Below, piece by piece: positions 41,141 through 56,100 of a stretch of DNA of 64,000 nt. Every line of letters starts with the position of its first letter. Within the stretch, counting starts at the first letter, position 1. Below the pieces are notes generated by a model. The model worked only from the letters and a program-made list of their open reading frames with translations. It ran no database searches and was not told where the DNA came from. The DNA comes from the human T2T-CHM13v2.0 reference genome, Homo sapiens: NCBI RefSeq assembly GCF_009914755.1, contig NC_060945.1. One strand, 5' to 3'. Both the position numbers and the translations under genes were made by a program.

Positions 41141-44100
41141 ATCTTCAACTCTATGAGTTGAATGCAGACATCAGAAAGAAATTTCTGAGAATGCTGCTGT
41201 CTACCTTTTATTTGAATTCCCGCTTCCAACGAAATCCTCCAAGCTATCCAAATATCCACTTGCAGATTCCACAAAAAGAGTGTTTCAAAACTGCTCTCTA
41301 TCAATGGCAAAGTTCAACTCTGTTAGTTGAGGACACATATCACCAACAAGTTTCTGAGAATGCTTCTGTCTATTTTTTATGGGAAGATATTTCCTTTTTC
41401 ACCGTAGGCGTCAAGGCGATCGAAATGTCCACTTCCACAAACTACAAAAAGAGTGTTTCAAACCTGCTCTATGAAAGGCCATGTTCATCTCTATGAGTTG
41501 AATGGAAATATCCGAAAGAAATTTCTGGGAATGCTGCTGTCTAGTGTTTATACGAATTCCCGCTTCCAACGAAATCCTCAAAGCAATCCAAATATCCACT
41601 TGCAGAATCCACAAAAAGAGTGTTTCAAAACTGCTCTATCAATAGAAAGGTTCAACTCTTTTAGTTGAGTACACACATCACGAACAAGTTTCTGAGAATG
41701 CTTCTGTCTGGCTTTTATTGGAAGACGTTTCCTTTTCAACAAAGGCATCAAAGCGCTCCAAATGTCCACTTCCAGATTCTTCCAAAAGAGTGTTTCAAAC
41801 GTGCTCGAAGTAAGGGAATGTTCAACTCTGTGACTTGAATGCAGATATCACCAAGTAGTTTCTAATAGTGCTTCTGTCTACATTTTAGATGATGATATTC
41901 CCGTTTCCAACGAAATCGTTAGAGCTATCCAAATATCCAGTTACAGTTTCTACCAAAAGGGTGTTTCCAAATTGCTGCATCAAAAGAAAGGTTCAACTCT
42001 GTTAGTTGAGGACACACATCACAAAGAAGTTTGTGAGAATGCTTCTGTCTAGATTTTGTATGACGATATTCCCTTTTCCAACGATATCGTTAAAGCAATC
42101 TAAATATCAATTTGCAGAATCCACAAAAATAGAGTTTCAAAGCTGCTCTGTAAAAAGAAAGGTTCCACTCTGTTAGCTGAGTACACACATCACAAACTTG
42201 TTTCTGAGAATCCTTCTGTCTCGTTTTTATGGGAAGATATTTACTTTTCCACCGTAGGCATCAAAGCGCTCCAAATGTCCACATCCAGATACTCCAGAAC
42301 GAGTGTTTCAAACCTGCTCTATGAAAGGGAATCTTCAACTCTATGAGTTGAATGCAGACATCAGAAAGAAATTTCTGAGAATGCTGCTGTCTACCTTTTA
42401 TTTGAATTCCCGCTTCCAACGAAATCCTCCAAGCTATCCAAATATCCACCTGCATTTTCCACAACAAGAGTGTTTCAAAACTGCTCTATCAATAGAAATG
42501 TTCAACTCCTTTGGCTGGGTACACACATCACAAACAAGTTTCTGAGCATGCTTCTGTCTAGTTTTTATGGGAAGACATTCCCTTTTTCACCAAAGGCATC
42601 AAAGCGCTCCAAATGTCCACTTCCAGACACTACAAAAAGAGTGTTTCAAACGTGCTCTAAGAAAACGAATGTTCAACTCTGTGACTTGAATGCAGATATC
42701 ACAGAGTAGTTTCTGAGAGGGCTTCTGTCTAGATTTTAGATGATGATATTCCCGTTTCCAACGAAATCATTAGAGCTATCCAAATATCCACTTACAGTTT
42801 CTACAAAAAGAGTGTTTCCAAACTGCTGCATCAAAAGAGAGGTTCCACTCTGTTAGCTGAGTACACACATCACAAACTTGTTTCTCAGAATCCTTCTGTC
42901 TCGTTTTTATGGGAAGATATTTACTTTTTCACCGTAGGCATCAAAGCGCTCCAAATGTCCACATCCAGATACTCCAGAAAGAGTGTTTCAAACCTGCTCT
43001 ATGAAAGGGAATCTTCAACTCTATGAGTTGAATGCAGACATCAGAAAGAAATTTCTGAGAATGCTGCTGTCTACCTTTTATTTGAATTCCCGCTTCCAAC
43101 GAAATCCTCCAAGCTATCCAAATATCCACTTGCAGATTCCACAAAAAGAGTGTTTCAAAACTGCTCTCTATCAATGGCAAAGTTCAACTCTGTTAGTTGA
43201 GGACACATATCACCAACAAGTTTCTGAGAATGCTTCTGTCTATTTTTTATGGGAAGATATTTCCTTTTTCACCGTAGGCGTCAAGGCGATCGAAATGTCC
43301 ACTTCCACAAACTACAAAAAGAGTGTTTCAAACCTGCTCTATGAAAGGCGATGTTCATCTCTATGAGTTGAATGGAAATATCCGAAAGAAATTTCTGGGA
43401 ATGCTGCTGTCTAGTGTTTATACGAATTCCCGCTTCCAACGAAATCCTCAAAGCAATCCAAATATCCACTTGCAGAATCCACAAAAAGAGTGTTTCAAAA
43501 CTGCTCTATCAATAGAAAGGTTCAACTCTTTTAGTTGAGTACACACATCACGAACAAGTTTCTGAGAATGCTTCTGTCTGGCTTTTATTGGAAGACGTTT
43601 CCTTTTCACCAAAGGCATCAAAGCGCTCCAAATGTCCACTTCCAGATTCTTCCAAAAGAGTGTTTCAAACGTGCTCGAAGTAAGGGAATGTTCAACTCTG
43701 TGACTTGAATGCAGATATCACCAAGTAGTTTCTAATAGTGCTTCTGTCTAGATTTTAGATGATGATATTCCCGTTTCCAACGAAATCGTTAGAGCTATCC
43801 AAATATCCACTTACAGTTTCTACAAAAAGAGTGTTTCCAAACTGCTGCATCAAAAGAAAGGTTCAACTCTGTTAGTTGAGGACACACATCACAAAGAAGT
43901 TTGTGAGAATGCTTCTGTCTAGATTTTGTATGACGATATTCCCTTTTCCAACGATATCGTTAAAGCAATCTAAATATCAATTTGCAGAATCCACAAAAAT
44001 AGAGTTTCAAAGCTGCTCTGTAAAAATAAAAGTTCCACTCTGTTAGCTGAGTACACACATCACAAACTTGTTTCTGAGAATCCTTCTGTCTCGTTTTTAT

Positions 44101-47100
44101 GGGAAGATATTTACTTTTTCACCGTAGGCATCAAAGCGCTCCAAATGTCCACATCCAGATACTCCAGAAAGACTGTTTCAAACCTGCTCTATGAAAGGGA
44201 ATCTTCAACTCTATGAGTTGAATGCAGACATCAGAAAGAAATTTCTGAGAATGCTGCTGTCTACCTTTTATTTGAATTCCCGCTTCCAACGAAATCCTCC
44301 AAGCTATCCAAATATCCACCTGCATTTTCCACAAAAAGAGTGTTTCAAAACTGCTCTATCAATAGAAATGTTCAACTCCTTTGGCTGGGTACACACATCA
44401 CAAACAAGTTTCTGAGAATGCTTCTGTCTAGTTTTTATGGGAAGACGTTCCCTTTTTCACCAAAGGCATCAAAGCGCTCCAAATGTCCACTTCCAGACAC
44501 TACAAAAAGAGTGTTTCAAACGTGCTCTAAGAAAGCGAATGTTCAACTCTGTGACTTGAATGCAGATATCACAAAGTAGTTTCTGAGAGTGCTTCTGTCT
44601 AGATTTTAGACGATGATATTCCCGTTTCCAACGAAATCATTAGAGCTATCCAAATATCCACTTACAGTTTCTACAAAAAGAGTGTTTCCAAACTGCTGCA
44701 TCAAAAGAGAGGTTCCACTCTGTTAGCTGAGTACACACATCACAAACTTGTTTCTCAGAATCCTTCTGTCTCGTTTTTATGGGAAGATATTTACTTTTTC
44801 ACCGTAGGCATCAAAGCGCTCCAAATGTCCACATCCAGATACTCCAGAAAGAGTGTTTCAAACCTGCTCTATGAAAGGGAATCTTCAACTCTATGAGTTG
44901 AATGCAGACATCAGAAAGAAATTTCTGAGAATGCTGCTGTCTACCTTTTATTTGAATTCCCGCTTCCAACGAAATCCTCCAAGCTATCCAAATATCCACT
45001 TGCAGATTCCACAAAAAGAGTGTTTCAAAACTGCTCTCTATCAATGGCAAAGTTCAACTCTGTTAGTTGAGGACACATATCACCAACAAGTTTCTGAGAA
45101 TGCTTCTGTCTATTTTTTATGGGAAGATATTTCCTTTTTCACCGTAGGCGTCAAGGCGATCGAAATGTCCACTTCCACAAACTACAAAAAGAGTGTTTCA
45201 AACCTGCTCTATGAAAGGCCATGTTCATCTCTATGAGTTGAATGGAAATATCCGAAAGAAATTTCTGGGAATGCTGCTGTCTAGTGTTTATACGAATTCC
45301 CGCTTCCAACGAAATCCTCAAAGCAATCCAAATATCCACTTGCAGAATCCACAAAAAGAGTGTTTCAAAACTGCTCTATCAATAGAAAGGTTCAACTCTT
45401 TTAGTTGAGTACACACATCACGAACAAGTTTCTGAGAATGCTTCTGTCTGGCTTTTATTGGAAGACGTTTCCTTTTCAACAAAGGCATCAAAGCGCTCCA
45501 AATGTCCACTTCCAGATTCTTCCAAAAGAGTGTTTCAAACGTGCTCGAAGTAAGGGAATGTTCAACTCTGTGACTTGAATGCAGATATCACCAAGTAGTT
45601 TCTAATAGTGCTTCTGTCTACATTTTAGATGATGATATTCCCGTTTCCAACGAAATCGTTAGAGCTATCCAAATATCCAGTTACAGTTTCTACCAAAAGG
45701 GTGTTTCCAAATTGCTGCATCAAAAGAAAGGTTCAACTCTGTTAGTTGAGGACACACATCACAAAGAAGTTTGTGAGAATGCTTCTGTCTAGATTTTGTA
45801 TGACGATATTCCCTTTTCCAACGATATCGTTAAAGCAATCTAAATATCAATTTGCAGAATCCACAAAAATAGAGTTTCAAAGCTGCTCTGTAAAAAGAAA
45901 GGTTCCACTCTGTTAGCTGAGTACACACATCACAAACTTGTTTCTGAGAATCCTTCTGTCTCGTTTTTATGGGAAGATATTTACTTTTCCACCGTAGGCA
46001 TCAAAGCGCTCCAAATGTCCACATCCAGATACTCCAGAACGAGTGTTTCAAACCTGCTCTATGAAAGGGAATCTTCAACTCTATGAGTTGAATGCAGACA
46101 TCAGAAAGAAATTTCTGAGAATGCTGCTGTCTACCTTTTATTTGAATTCCCGCTTCCAACGAAATCCTCCAAGCTATCCAAATATCCACCTGCATTTTCC
46201 ACAACAAGAGTGTTTCAAAACTGCTCTATCAATAGAAATGTTCAACTCCTTTGGCTGGGTACACACATCACAAACAAGTTTCTGAGCATGCTTCTGTCTA
46301 GTTTTTATGGGAAGACATTCCCTTTTTCACCAAAGGCATCAAAGCGCTCCAAATGTCCACTTCCAGACACTACAAAAAGAGTGTTTCAAACGTGCTCTAA
46401 GAAAACGAATGTTCAACTCTGTGACTTGAATGCAGATATCACAGAGTAGTTTCTGAGAGGGCTTCTGTCTAGATTTTAGATGATGATATTCCCGTTTCCA
46501 ACGAAATCATTAGAGCTATCCAAATATCCACTTACAGTTTCTACAAAAAGAGTGTTTCCAAACTGCTGCATCAAAAGAGAGGTTCCACTCTGTTAGCTGA
46601 GTACACACATCACAAACTTGTTTCTCAGAATCCTTCTGTCTCGTTTTTATGGGAAGATATTTACTTTTTCACCGTAGGCATCAAAGCGCTCCAAATGTCC
46701 ACATCCAGATACTCCAGAAAGAGTGTTTCAAACCTGCTCTATGAAAGGGAATCTTCAACTCTATGAGTTGAATGCAGACATCAGAAAGAAATTTCTGAGA
46801 ATGCTGCTGTCTACCTTTTATTTGAATTCCCGCTTCCAACGAAATCCTCCAAGCTATCCAAATATCCACTTGCAGATTCCACAAAAAGAGTGTTTCAAAA
46901 CTGCTCTCTATCAATGGCAAAGTTCAACTCTGTTAGTTGAGGACACATATCACCAACAAGTTTCTGAGAATGCTTCTGTCTATTTTTTATGGGAAGATAT
47001 TTCCTTTTTCACCGTAGGCGTCAAGGCGATCGAAATGTCCACTTCCACAAACTACAAAAAGAGTGTTTCAAACCTGCTCTATGAAAGGCCATGTTCATCT

Positions 47101-50100
47101 CTATGAGTTGAATGGAAATATCCGAAAGAAATTTCTGGGAATGCTGCTGTCTAGTGTTTATACGAATTCCCGCTTCCAACGAAATCCTCAAAGCAATCCA
47201 AATATCCACTTGCAGAATCCACAAAAAGAGTGTTTCAAAACTGCTCTATCAATAGAAAGGTTCAACTCTTTTAGTTGAGTACACACATCACGAACAAGTT
47301 TCTGAGAATGCTTCTGTCTGGCTTTTATTGGAAGACGTTTCCTTTTCACCAAAGGCATCAAAGCGCTCCAAATGTCCACTTCCAGATTCTTCCAAAAGAG
47401 TGTTTCAAACGTGCTCAAAGTAAGGGAATGTTCAACTCTGTGACTTGAATGCAGATATCACCAAGTAGTTTCTAATAGTGCTTCTGTCTAGATTTCAGAT
47501 GATGATATTCCCGTTTCCAACGAAATCGTTAGAGCTATCCAAATATCCAGTTACAGTTTCTACAAAAAGAGTGTTTCCAAACTGCTGCATCAAAAGAAAG
47601 GTTCAACTCTGTTAGTTGAGGACACACATCACAAAGAAGTTTGTGAGAATGCTTCTGTCTAGATTTTGTATGACGATATTCCCTTTTCCAACGATATCGT
47701 TAAAGCAATCTAAATATCAATTTGCAGAATCCACAAAAATAGAGTTTCAAAGCTGCTCTGTAAAAAGAAAGGTTCCACTCTGTTAGCTGAGTACACACAT
47801 CACAAACTTGTTTCTGAGAATCCTTCTGTCTCGTTTTTATGGGAAGATATTTACTTTTTCACCGTAGGCATCAAAGCGCTCCAAATGTCCACATCCAGAT
47901 ACTCCAGAAAGACTGTTTCAAACCTGCTCTATGAAAGGGAATCTTCAACTCTATGAGTTGAATGCAGACATCAGAAAGAAATTTCTGAGAATGCTGCTGT
48001 CTACCTTTTATTTGAATTCCCGCTTCCAACGAAATCCTCCAAGCTATCCAAATATCCACTTGCATTTTCCACAAAAAGAGTGTTTCAAAACTGCTCTATC
48101 AATAGAAATGTTCAACTCCTTTAGCTGGGTACACACATCACAAACAAGTTTCTGAGAATGCTTCTGTCTAGTTTTTATGGGAAGACGTTCCCTTTTTCAC
48201 CAAAGGCATCAAAGCGCTCCAAATGTCCACTTCCAGACACTACAAAAAGAGTGTTTCAAACGTGCTCTAAGAAAGCGAATGTTCAACTCTGTGACTTGAA
48301 TGCAGATATCACAAAGTAGTTTCTGAGAGGGCTTCTGTCTAGATTTTAGATGATGATATTCCCGTTTCCAACGAAATCATTAGAGCTATCCAAATATCCA
48401 CTTACAGTTTCTACAAAAAGAGTGTTTCCAAACTGCTGCATCAAAAGAGAGGTTCCACTCTGTTAGCCGAGTACACACATCACAAACTTGTTTCTCAGAA
48501 TCCTTCTGTCTCGTTTTTATGGGAAGATATTTACTTTTTCACCGTAGGCATCAAAGCGCTCCAAATGTCCACATCCAGATACTCCAGAAAGAGTGTTTCA
48601 AACCTGCTCTATGAAAGGGAATCTTCAACTCTATGAGTTGAATGCAGACATCAGAAAGAAATTTCTGAGAATGCTGCTGTCTACCTTTTATTTGAATTCC
48701 CGCTTCCAACGAAATCCTCCAAGCTATCCAAATATCCACTTGCAGATTCCACAAAAAGAGTGTTTCAAAACTGCTCTCTATCAATGGCAAAGTTCAACTC
48801 TGTTAGTTGAGGACACATATCACCAACAAGTTTCTGAGAATGCTTCTGTCTATTTTTTATGGGAAGATATTTCCTTTTTCACCGTAGGCGTCAAGGCGAT
48901 CGAAATGTCCACTTCCACAAACTACAAAAAGAGTGTTTCAAACCTGCTCTATGAAAGGCCATGTTCATCTCTATGAGTTGAATGGAAATATCCGAAAGAA
49001 ATTTCTGGGAATGCTGCTGTCTAGTGTTTATACGAATTCCCGCTTCCAACGAAATCCTCAAAGCAATCCAAATATCCACTTGCAGAATCCACAAAAAGAG
49101 TGTTTCAAAACTGCTCTATCAATAGAAAGGTTCAACTCTTTTAGTTGAGTACACACATCACGAACAAGTTTCTGAGAATGCTTCTGTCTGGCTTTTATTG
49201 GAAGACGTTTCCTTTTCAACAAAGGCATCAAAGCGCTCCAAATGTCCACTTCCAGATTCTTCCAAAAGAGTGTTTCAAACGTGCTCGAAGTAAGGGAATG
49301 TTCAACTCTGTGACTTGAATGCAGATATCACCAAGTAGTTTCTAATAGTGCTTCTGTCTACATTTTAGATGATGATATTCCCGTTTCCAACGAAATCGTT
49401 AGAGCTAAGCAAATATCCAGTTACAGTTTCTACCAAAAGGGTGTTTCCAAATTGCTGCATCAAAAGAAAGGTTCAACTCTGTTAGTTGAGGACACACATC
49501 ACAAAGAAGTTTGTGAGAATGCTTCTGTCTAGATTTTGTATGACGATATTCCCTTTTCCAACGATATCGTTAAAGCAATCTAAATATCAATTTGCAGAAT
49601 CCACAAAAATAGAGTTTCAAAGCTGCTCTGTAAAAAGAAAGGTTCCACTCTGTTAGCTGAGTACACACATCACAAACTTGTTTCTGAGAATCCTTCTGTC
49701 TCGTTTTTATGGGAAGATATTTACTTTTCCACCGTAGGCATCAAAGCGCTCCAAATGTCCACATCCAGATACTCCAGAACGAGTGTTTCAAACCTGCTCT
49801 ATGAAAGGGAATCTTCAACTCTATGAGTTGAATGCAGACATCAGAAAGAAATTTCTGAGAATGCTGCTGTCTACCTTTTATTTGAATTCCCGCTTCCAAC
49901 GAAATCCTCCAAGCTATCCAAATATCCACCTGCATTTTCCACAACAAGAGTGTTTCAAAACTGCTCTATCAATAGAAATGTTCAACTCCTTTGGCTGGGT
50001 ACACACATCACAAACAAGTTTCTGAGCATGCTTCTGTCTAGTTTTTATGGGAAGACATTCCCTTTTTCACCAAAGGCATCAAAGCGCTCCAAATGTCCAC

Positions 50101-53100
50101 TTCCAGACACTACAAAAAGAGTGTTTCAAACGTGCTCTAAGAAAACGAATGTTCAACTCTGTGACTTGAATGCAGATATCACAGAGTAGTTTCTGAGAGG
50201 GCTTCTGTCTAGATTTTAGATGATGATATTCCCGTTTCCAACGAAATCATTAGAGCTATCCAAATATCCACTTACAGTTTCTACAAAAAGAGTGTTTCCA
50301 AACTGCTGCATCAAAAGAGAGGTTCCACTCTGTTAGCTGAGTACACACATCACAAACTTGTTTCTCAGAATCCTTCTGTCTCGTTTTTATGGGAAGATAT
50401 TTACTTTTTCACCGTAGGCATCAAAGCGCTCCAAATGTCCACATCCAGATACTCCAGAAAGAGTGTTTCAAACCTGCTCTATGAAAGGGAATCTTCAACT
50501 CTATGAGTTGAATGCAGACATCAGAAAGAAATTTCTGAGAATGCTGCTGTCTACCTTTTATTTGAATTCCCGCTTCCAACGAAATCCTCCAAGCTATCCA
50601 AATATCCACTTGCAGATTCCACAAAAAGAGTGTTTCAAAACTGCTCTCTATCAATGGCAAAGTTCAACTCTGTTAGTTGAGGACACATATCACCAACAAG
50701 TTTCTGAGAATGCTTCTGTCTATTTTTTATGGGAAGATATTTCCTTTTTCACCGTAGGCGTCAAGGCGATCGAAATGTCCACTTCCACAAACTACAAAAA
50801 GAGTGTTTCAAACCTGCTCTATGAAAGGCCATGTTCATCTCTATGAGTTGAATGGAAATATCCGAAAGAAATTTCTGGGAATGCTGCTGTCTAGTGTTTA
50901 TACGAATTCCCGCTTCCAACGAAATCCTCAAAGCAATCCAAATATCCACTTGCAGAATCCACAAAAAGAGTGTTTCAAAACTGCTCTATCAATAGAAAGG
51001 TTCAACTCTTTTAGTTGAGTACACACATCACGAACAAGTTTCTGAGAATGCTTCTGTCTGGCTTTTATTGGAAGACGTTTCCTTTTCACCAAAGGCATCA
51101 AAGCGCTCCAAATGTCCACTTCCAGATTCTTCCAAAAGAGTGTTTCAAACGTGCTCAAAGTAAGGGAATGTTCAACTCTGTGACTTGAATGCAGATATCA
51201 CCAAGTAGTTTCTAATAGTGCTTCTGTCTAGATTTTAGATGATGATATTCCCGTTTCCAACGAAATCGTTAGAGCTATCCAAATATCCACTTACAGTTTC
51301 TACAAAAAGAGTGTTTCCAAACTGCTGCATCAAAAGAAAGGTTCAACTCTGTTAGTTGAGGACACACATCACAAAGAAGTTTGTGAGAATGCTTCTGTCT
51401 AGATTTTGTATGACGATATTCCCTTTTCCAACGATATCGTTAAAGCAATCTAAATATCAATTTGCAGAATCCACAAAAATAGAGTTTCAAAGCTGCTCTG
51501 TAAAAATAAAAGTTCCACTCTGTTAGCTGAGTACACACATCACAAACTTGTTTCTGAGAATCCTTCTGTCTCGTTTTTATGGGAAGATATTTACTTTTTC
51601 ACCGTAGGCATCAAAGCGCTCCAAATGTCCACATCCAGATACTCCAGAAAGACTGTTTCAAACCTGCTCTATGAAAGGGAATCTTCAACTCTATGAGTTG
51701 AATGCAGACATCAGAAAGAAATTTCTGAGAATGCTGCTGTCTACCTTTTATTTGAATTCCCGCTTCCAACGAAATCCTCCAAGCTATCCAAATATCCACC
51801 TGCATTTTCCACAAAAAGAGTGTTTCAAAACTGCTCTATCAATAGAAATGTTCAACTCCTTTGGCTGGGTACACACATCACAAACAAGTTTCTGAGAATG
51901 CTTCTGTCTAGTTTTTATGGGAAGACGTTCCCTTTTTCACCAAAGGCATCAAAGCGCTCCAAATGTCCACTTCCAGACACTACAAAAAGAGTGTTTCAAA
52001 CGTGCTCTAAGAAAGCGAATGTTCAACTCTGTGACTTGAATGCAGATATCACAAAGTAGTTTCTGAGAGTGCTTCTGTCTAGATTTTAGACGATGATATT
52101 CCCGTTTCCAACGAAATCATTAGAGCTATCCAAATATCCACTTACAGTTTCTACAAAAAGAGTGTTTCCAAACTGCTGCATCAAAAGAGAGGTTCCACTC
52201 TGTTAGCTGAGTACACACATCACAAACTTGTTTCTCAGAATCCTTCTGTCTCGTTTTTATGGGAAGATATTTACTTTTTCACCGTAGGCATCAAAGCGCT
52301 CCAAATGTCCACATCCAGATAGTACAGAAAGAGTTTTTCAAACCTGCTCTATGAAAGGGAATCTTCAACTCTATGAGTTGAATGCAGACATCAGAAAGAA
52401 ATTTCTGAGAATGCTGCTGTCTACCTTTTATTTGAATTCCCGCTTCCAACGAAATCCTCCAAGCTATCCAAATATCCACTTGCAGATTCCACAAAAAGAG
52501 TGTTTCAAAACTGCTCTCTATCAATGGCAAAGTTCAACTCTGTTAGTTGAGGACACATATCACCAACAAGTTTCTGAGAATGCTTCTGTCTATTTTTTAT
52601 GGGAAGATATTTCCTTTTTCACCGTAGGCGTCAAGGCGATCGAAATGTCCACTTCCACAAACTACAAAAAGAGTGTTTCAAACCTGCTCTATGAAAGGCC
52701 ATGTTCATCTCTATGAGTTGAATGGAAATATCCGAAAGAAATTTCTGGGAATGCTGCTGTCTAGTGTTTATACGAATTCCCGCTTCCAACGAAATCCTCA
52801 AAGCAATCCAAATATCCACTTGCAGAATCCACAAAAAGAGTGTTTCAAAACTGCTCTATCAATAGAAAGGTTCAACTCTTTTAGTTGAGTACACACATCA
52901 CGAACAAGTTTCTGAGAATGCTTCTGTCTGGCTTTTATTGGAAGACGTTTCCTTTTCAACAAAGGCATCAAAGCGCTCCAAATGTCCACTTCCAGATTCT
53001 TCCAAAAGAGTGTTTCAAACGTGCTCGAAGTAAGGGAATGTTCAACTCTGTGACTTGAATGCAGATATCACCAAGTAGTTTCTAATAGTGCTTCTGTCTA

Positions 53101-56100
53101 CATTTTAGATGATGATATTCCCGTTTCCAACGAAATCGTTAGAGCTATCCAAATATCCAGTTACAGTTTCTACCAAAAGGGTGTTTCCAAATTGCTGCAT
53201 CAAAAGAAAGGTTCAACTCTGTTAGTTGAGGACACACATCACAAAGAAGTTTGTGAGAATGCTTCTGTCTAGATTTTGTATGACGATATTCCCTTTTCCA
53301 ACGATATCGTTAAAGCAATCTAAATATCAATTTGCAGAATCCACAAAAATAGAGTTTCAAAGCTGCTCTGTAAAAAGAAAGGTTCCACTCTGTTAGCTGA
53401 GTACACACATCACAAACTTGTTTCTGAGAATCCTTCTGTCTCGTTTTTATGGGAAGATATTTACTTTTCCACCGTAGGCATCAAAGCGCTCCAAATGTCC
53501 ACATCCAGATACTCCAGAACGAGTGTTTCAAACCTGCTCTATGAAAGGGAATCTTCAACTCTATGAGTTGAATGCAGACATCAGAAAGAAATTTCTGAGA
53601 ATGCTGCTGTCTACCTTTTATTTGAATTCCCGCTTCCAACGAAATCCTCCAAGCTATCCAAATATCCACCTGCATTTTCCACAACAAGAGTGTTTCAAAA
53701 CTGCTCTATCAATAGAAATGTTCAACTCCTTTGGCTGGGTACACACATCACAAACAAGTTTCTGAGCATGCTTCTGTCTAGTTTTTATGGGAAGACATTC
53801 CCTTTTTCACCAAAGGCATCAAAGCGCTCCAAATGTCCACTTCCAGACACTACAAAAAGAGTGTTTCAAACGTGCTCTAAGAAAACGAATGTTCAACTCT
53901 GTGACTTGAATGCAGATATCACAGAGTAGTTTCTGAGAGGGCTTCTGTCTAGATTTTAGATGATGATATTCCCGTTTCCAACGAAATCATTAGAGCTATC
54001 CAAATATCCACTTACAGTTTCTACAAAAAGAGTGTTTCCAAACTGCTGCATCAAAAGAGAGGTTCCACTCTGTTAGCTGAGTACACACATCACAAACTTG
54101 TTTCTCAGAATCCTTCTGTCTCGTTTTTATGGGAAGATATTTACTTTTTCACCGTAGGCATCAAAGCGCTCCAAATGTCCACATCCAGATACTCCAGAAA
54201 GAGTGTTTCAAACCTGCTCTATGAAAGGGAATCTTCAACTCTATGAGTTGAATGCAGACATCAGAAAGAAATTTCTGAGAATGCTGCTGTCTACCTTTTA
54301 TTTGAATTCCCGCTTCCAACGAAATCCTCCAAGCTATCCAAATATCCACTTGCAGATTCCACAAAAAGAGTGTTTCAAAACTGCTCTCTATCAATGGCAA
54401 AGTTCAACTCTGTTAGTTGAGGACACATATCACCAACAAGTTTCTGAGAATGCTTCTGTCTATTTTTTATGGGAAGATATTTCCTTTTTCACCGTAGGCG
54501 TCAAGGCGATCGAAATGTCCACTTCCACAAACTACAAAAAGAGTGTTTCAAACCTGCTCTATGAAAGGCCATGTTCATCTCTATGAGTTGAATGGAAATA
54601 TCCGAAAGAAATTTCTGGGAATGCTGCTGTCTAGTGTTTATACGAATTCCCGCTTCCAACGAAATCCTCAAAGCAATCCAAATATCCACTTGCAGAATCC
54701 ACAAAAAGAGTGTTTCAAAACTGCTCTATCAATAGAAAGGTTCAACTCTTTTAGTTGAGTACACACATCACGAACAAGTTTCTGAGAATGCTTCTGTCTG
54801 GCTTTTATTGGAAGACGTTTCCTTTTCACCAAAGGCATCAAAGCGCTCCAAATGTCCACTTCCAGATTCTTCCAAAAGAGTGTTTCAAACGTGCTCAAAG
54901 TAAGGGAATGTTCAACTCTGTGACTTGAATGCAGATATCACCAAGTAGTTTCTAATAGTGCTTCTGTCTAGATTTCAGATGATGATATTCCCGTTTCCAA
55001 CGAAATCGTTAGAGCTATCCAAATATCCAGTTACAGTTTCTACAAAAAGAGTGTTTCCAAACTGCTGCATCAAAAGAAAGGTTCAACTCTGTTAGTTGAG
55101 GACACACATCACAAAGAAGTTTGTGAGAATGCTTCTGTCTAGATTTTGTATGACGATATTCCCTTTTCCAACGATATCGTTAAAGCAATCTAAATATCAA
55201 TTTGCAGAATCCACAAAAATAGAGTTTCAAAGCTGCTCTGTAAAAAGAAAGGTTCCACTCTGTTAGCTGAGTACACACATCACAAACTTGTTTCTGAGAA
55301 TCCTTCTGTCTCGTTTTTATGGGAAGATATTTACTTTTTCACCGTAGGCATCAAAGCGCTCCAAATGTCCACATCCAGATACTCCAGAAAGACTGTTTCA
55401 AACCTGCTCTATGAAAGGGAATCTTCAACTCTATGAGTTGAATGCAGACATCAGAAAGAAATTTCTGAGAATGCTGCTGTCTACCTTTTATTTGAATTCC
55501 CGCTTCCAACGAAATCCTCCAAGCTATCCAAATATCCACTTGCATTTTCCACAAAAAGAGTGTTTCAAAACTGCTCTATCAATAGAAATGTTCAACTCCT
55601 TTAGCTGGGTACACACATCACAAACAAGTTTCTGAGAATGCTTCTGTCTAGTTTTTATGGGAAGACGTTCCCTTTTTCACCAAAGGCATCAAAGCGCTCC
55701 AAATGTCCACTTCCAGACACTACAAAAAGAGTGTTTCAAACGTGCTCTAAGAAAGCGAATGTTCAACTCTGTGACTTGAATGCAGATATCACAAAGTAGT
55801 TTCTGAGAGGGCTTCTGTCTAGATTTTAGATGATGATATTCCCGTTTCCAACGAAATCATTAGAGCTATCCAAATATCCACTTACAGTTTCTACAAAAAG
55901 AGTGTTTCCAAACTGCTGCATCAAAAGAGAGGTTCCACTCTGTTAGCCGAGTACACACATCACAAACTTGTTTCTCAGAATCCTTCTGTCTCGTTTTTAT
56001 GGGAAGATATTTACTTTTTCACCGTAGGCATCAAAGCGCTCCAAATGTTCACATCCAGATACTCCAGAAAGAGTGTTTCAAACCTGCTCTATGAAAGGGA

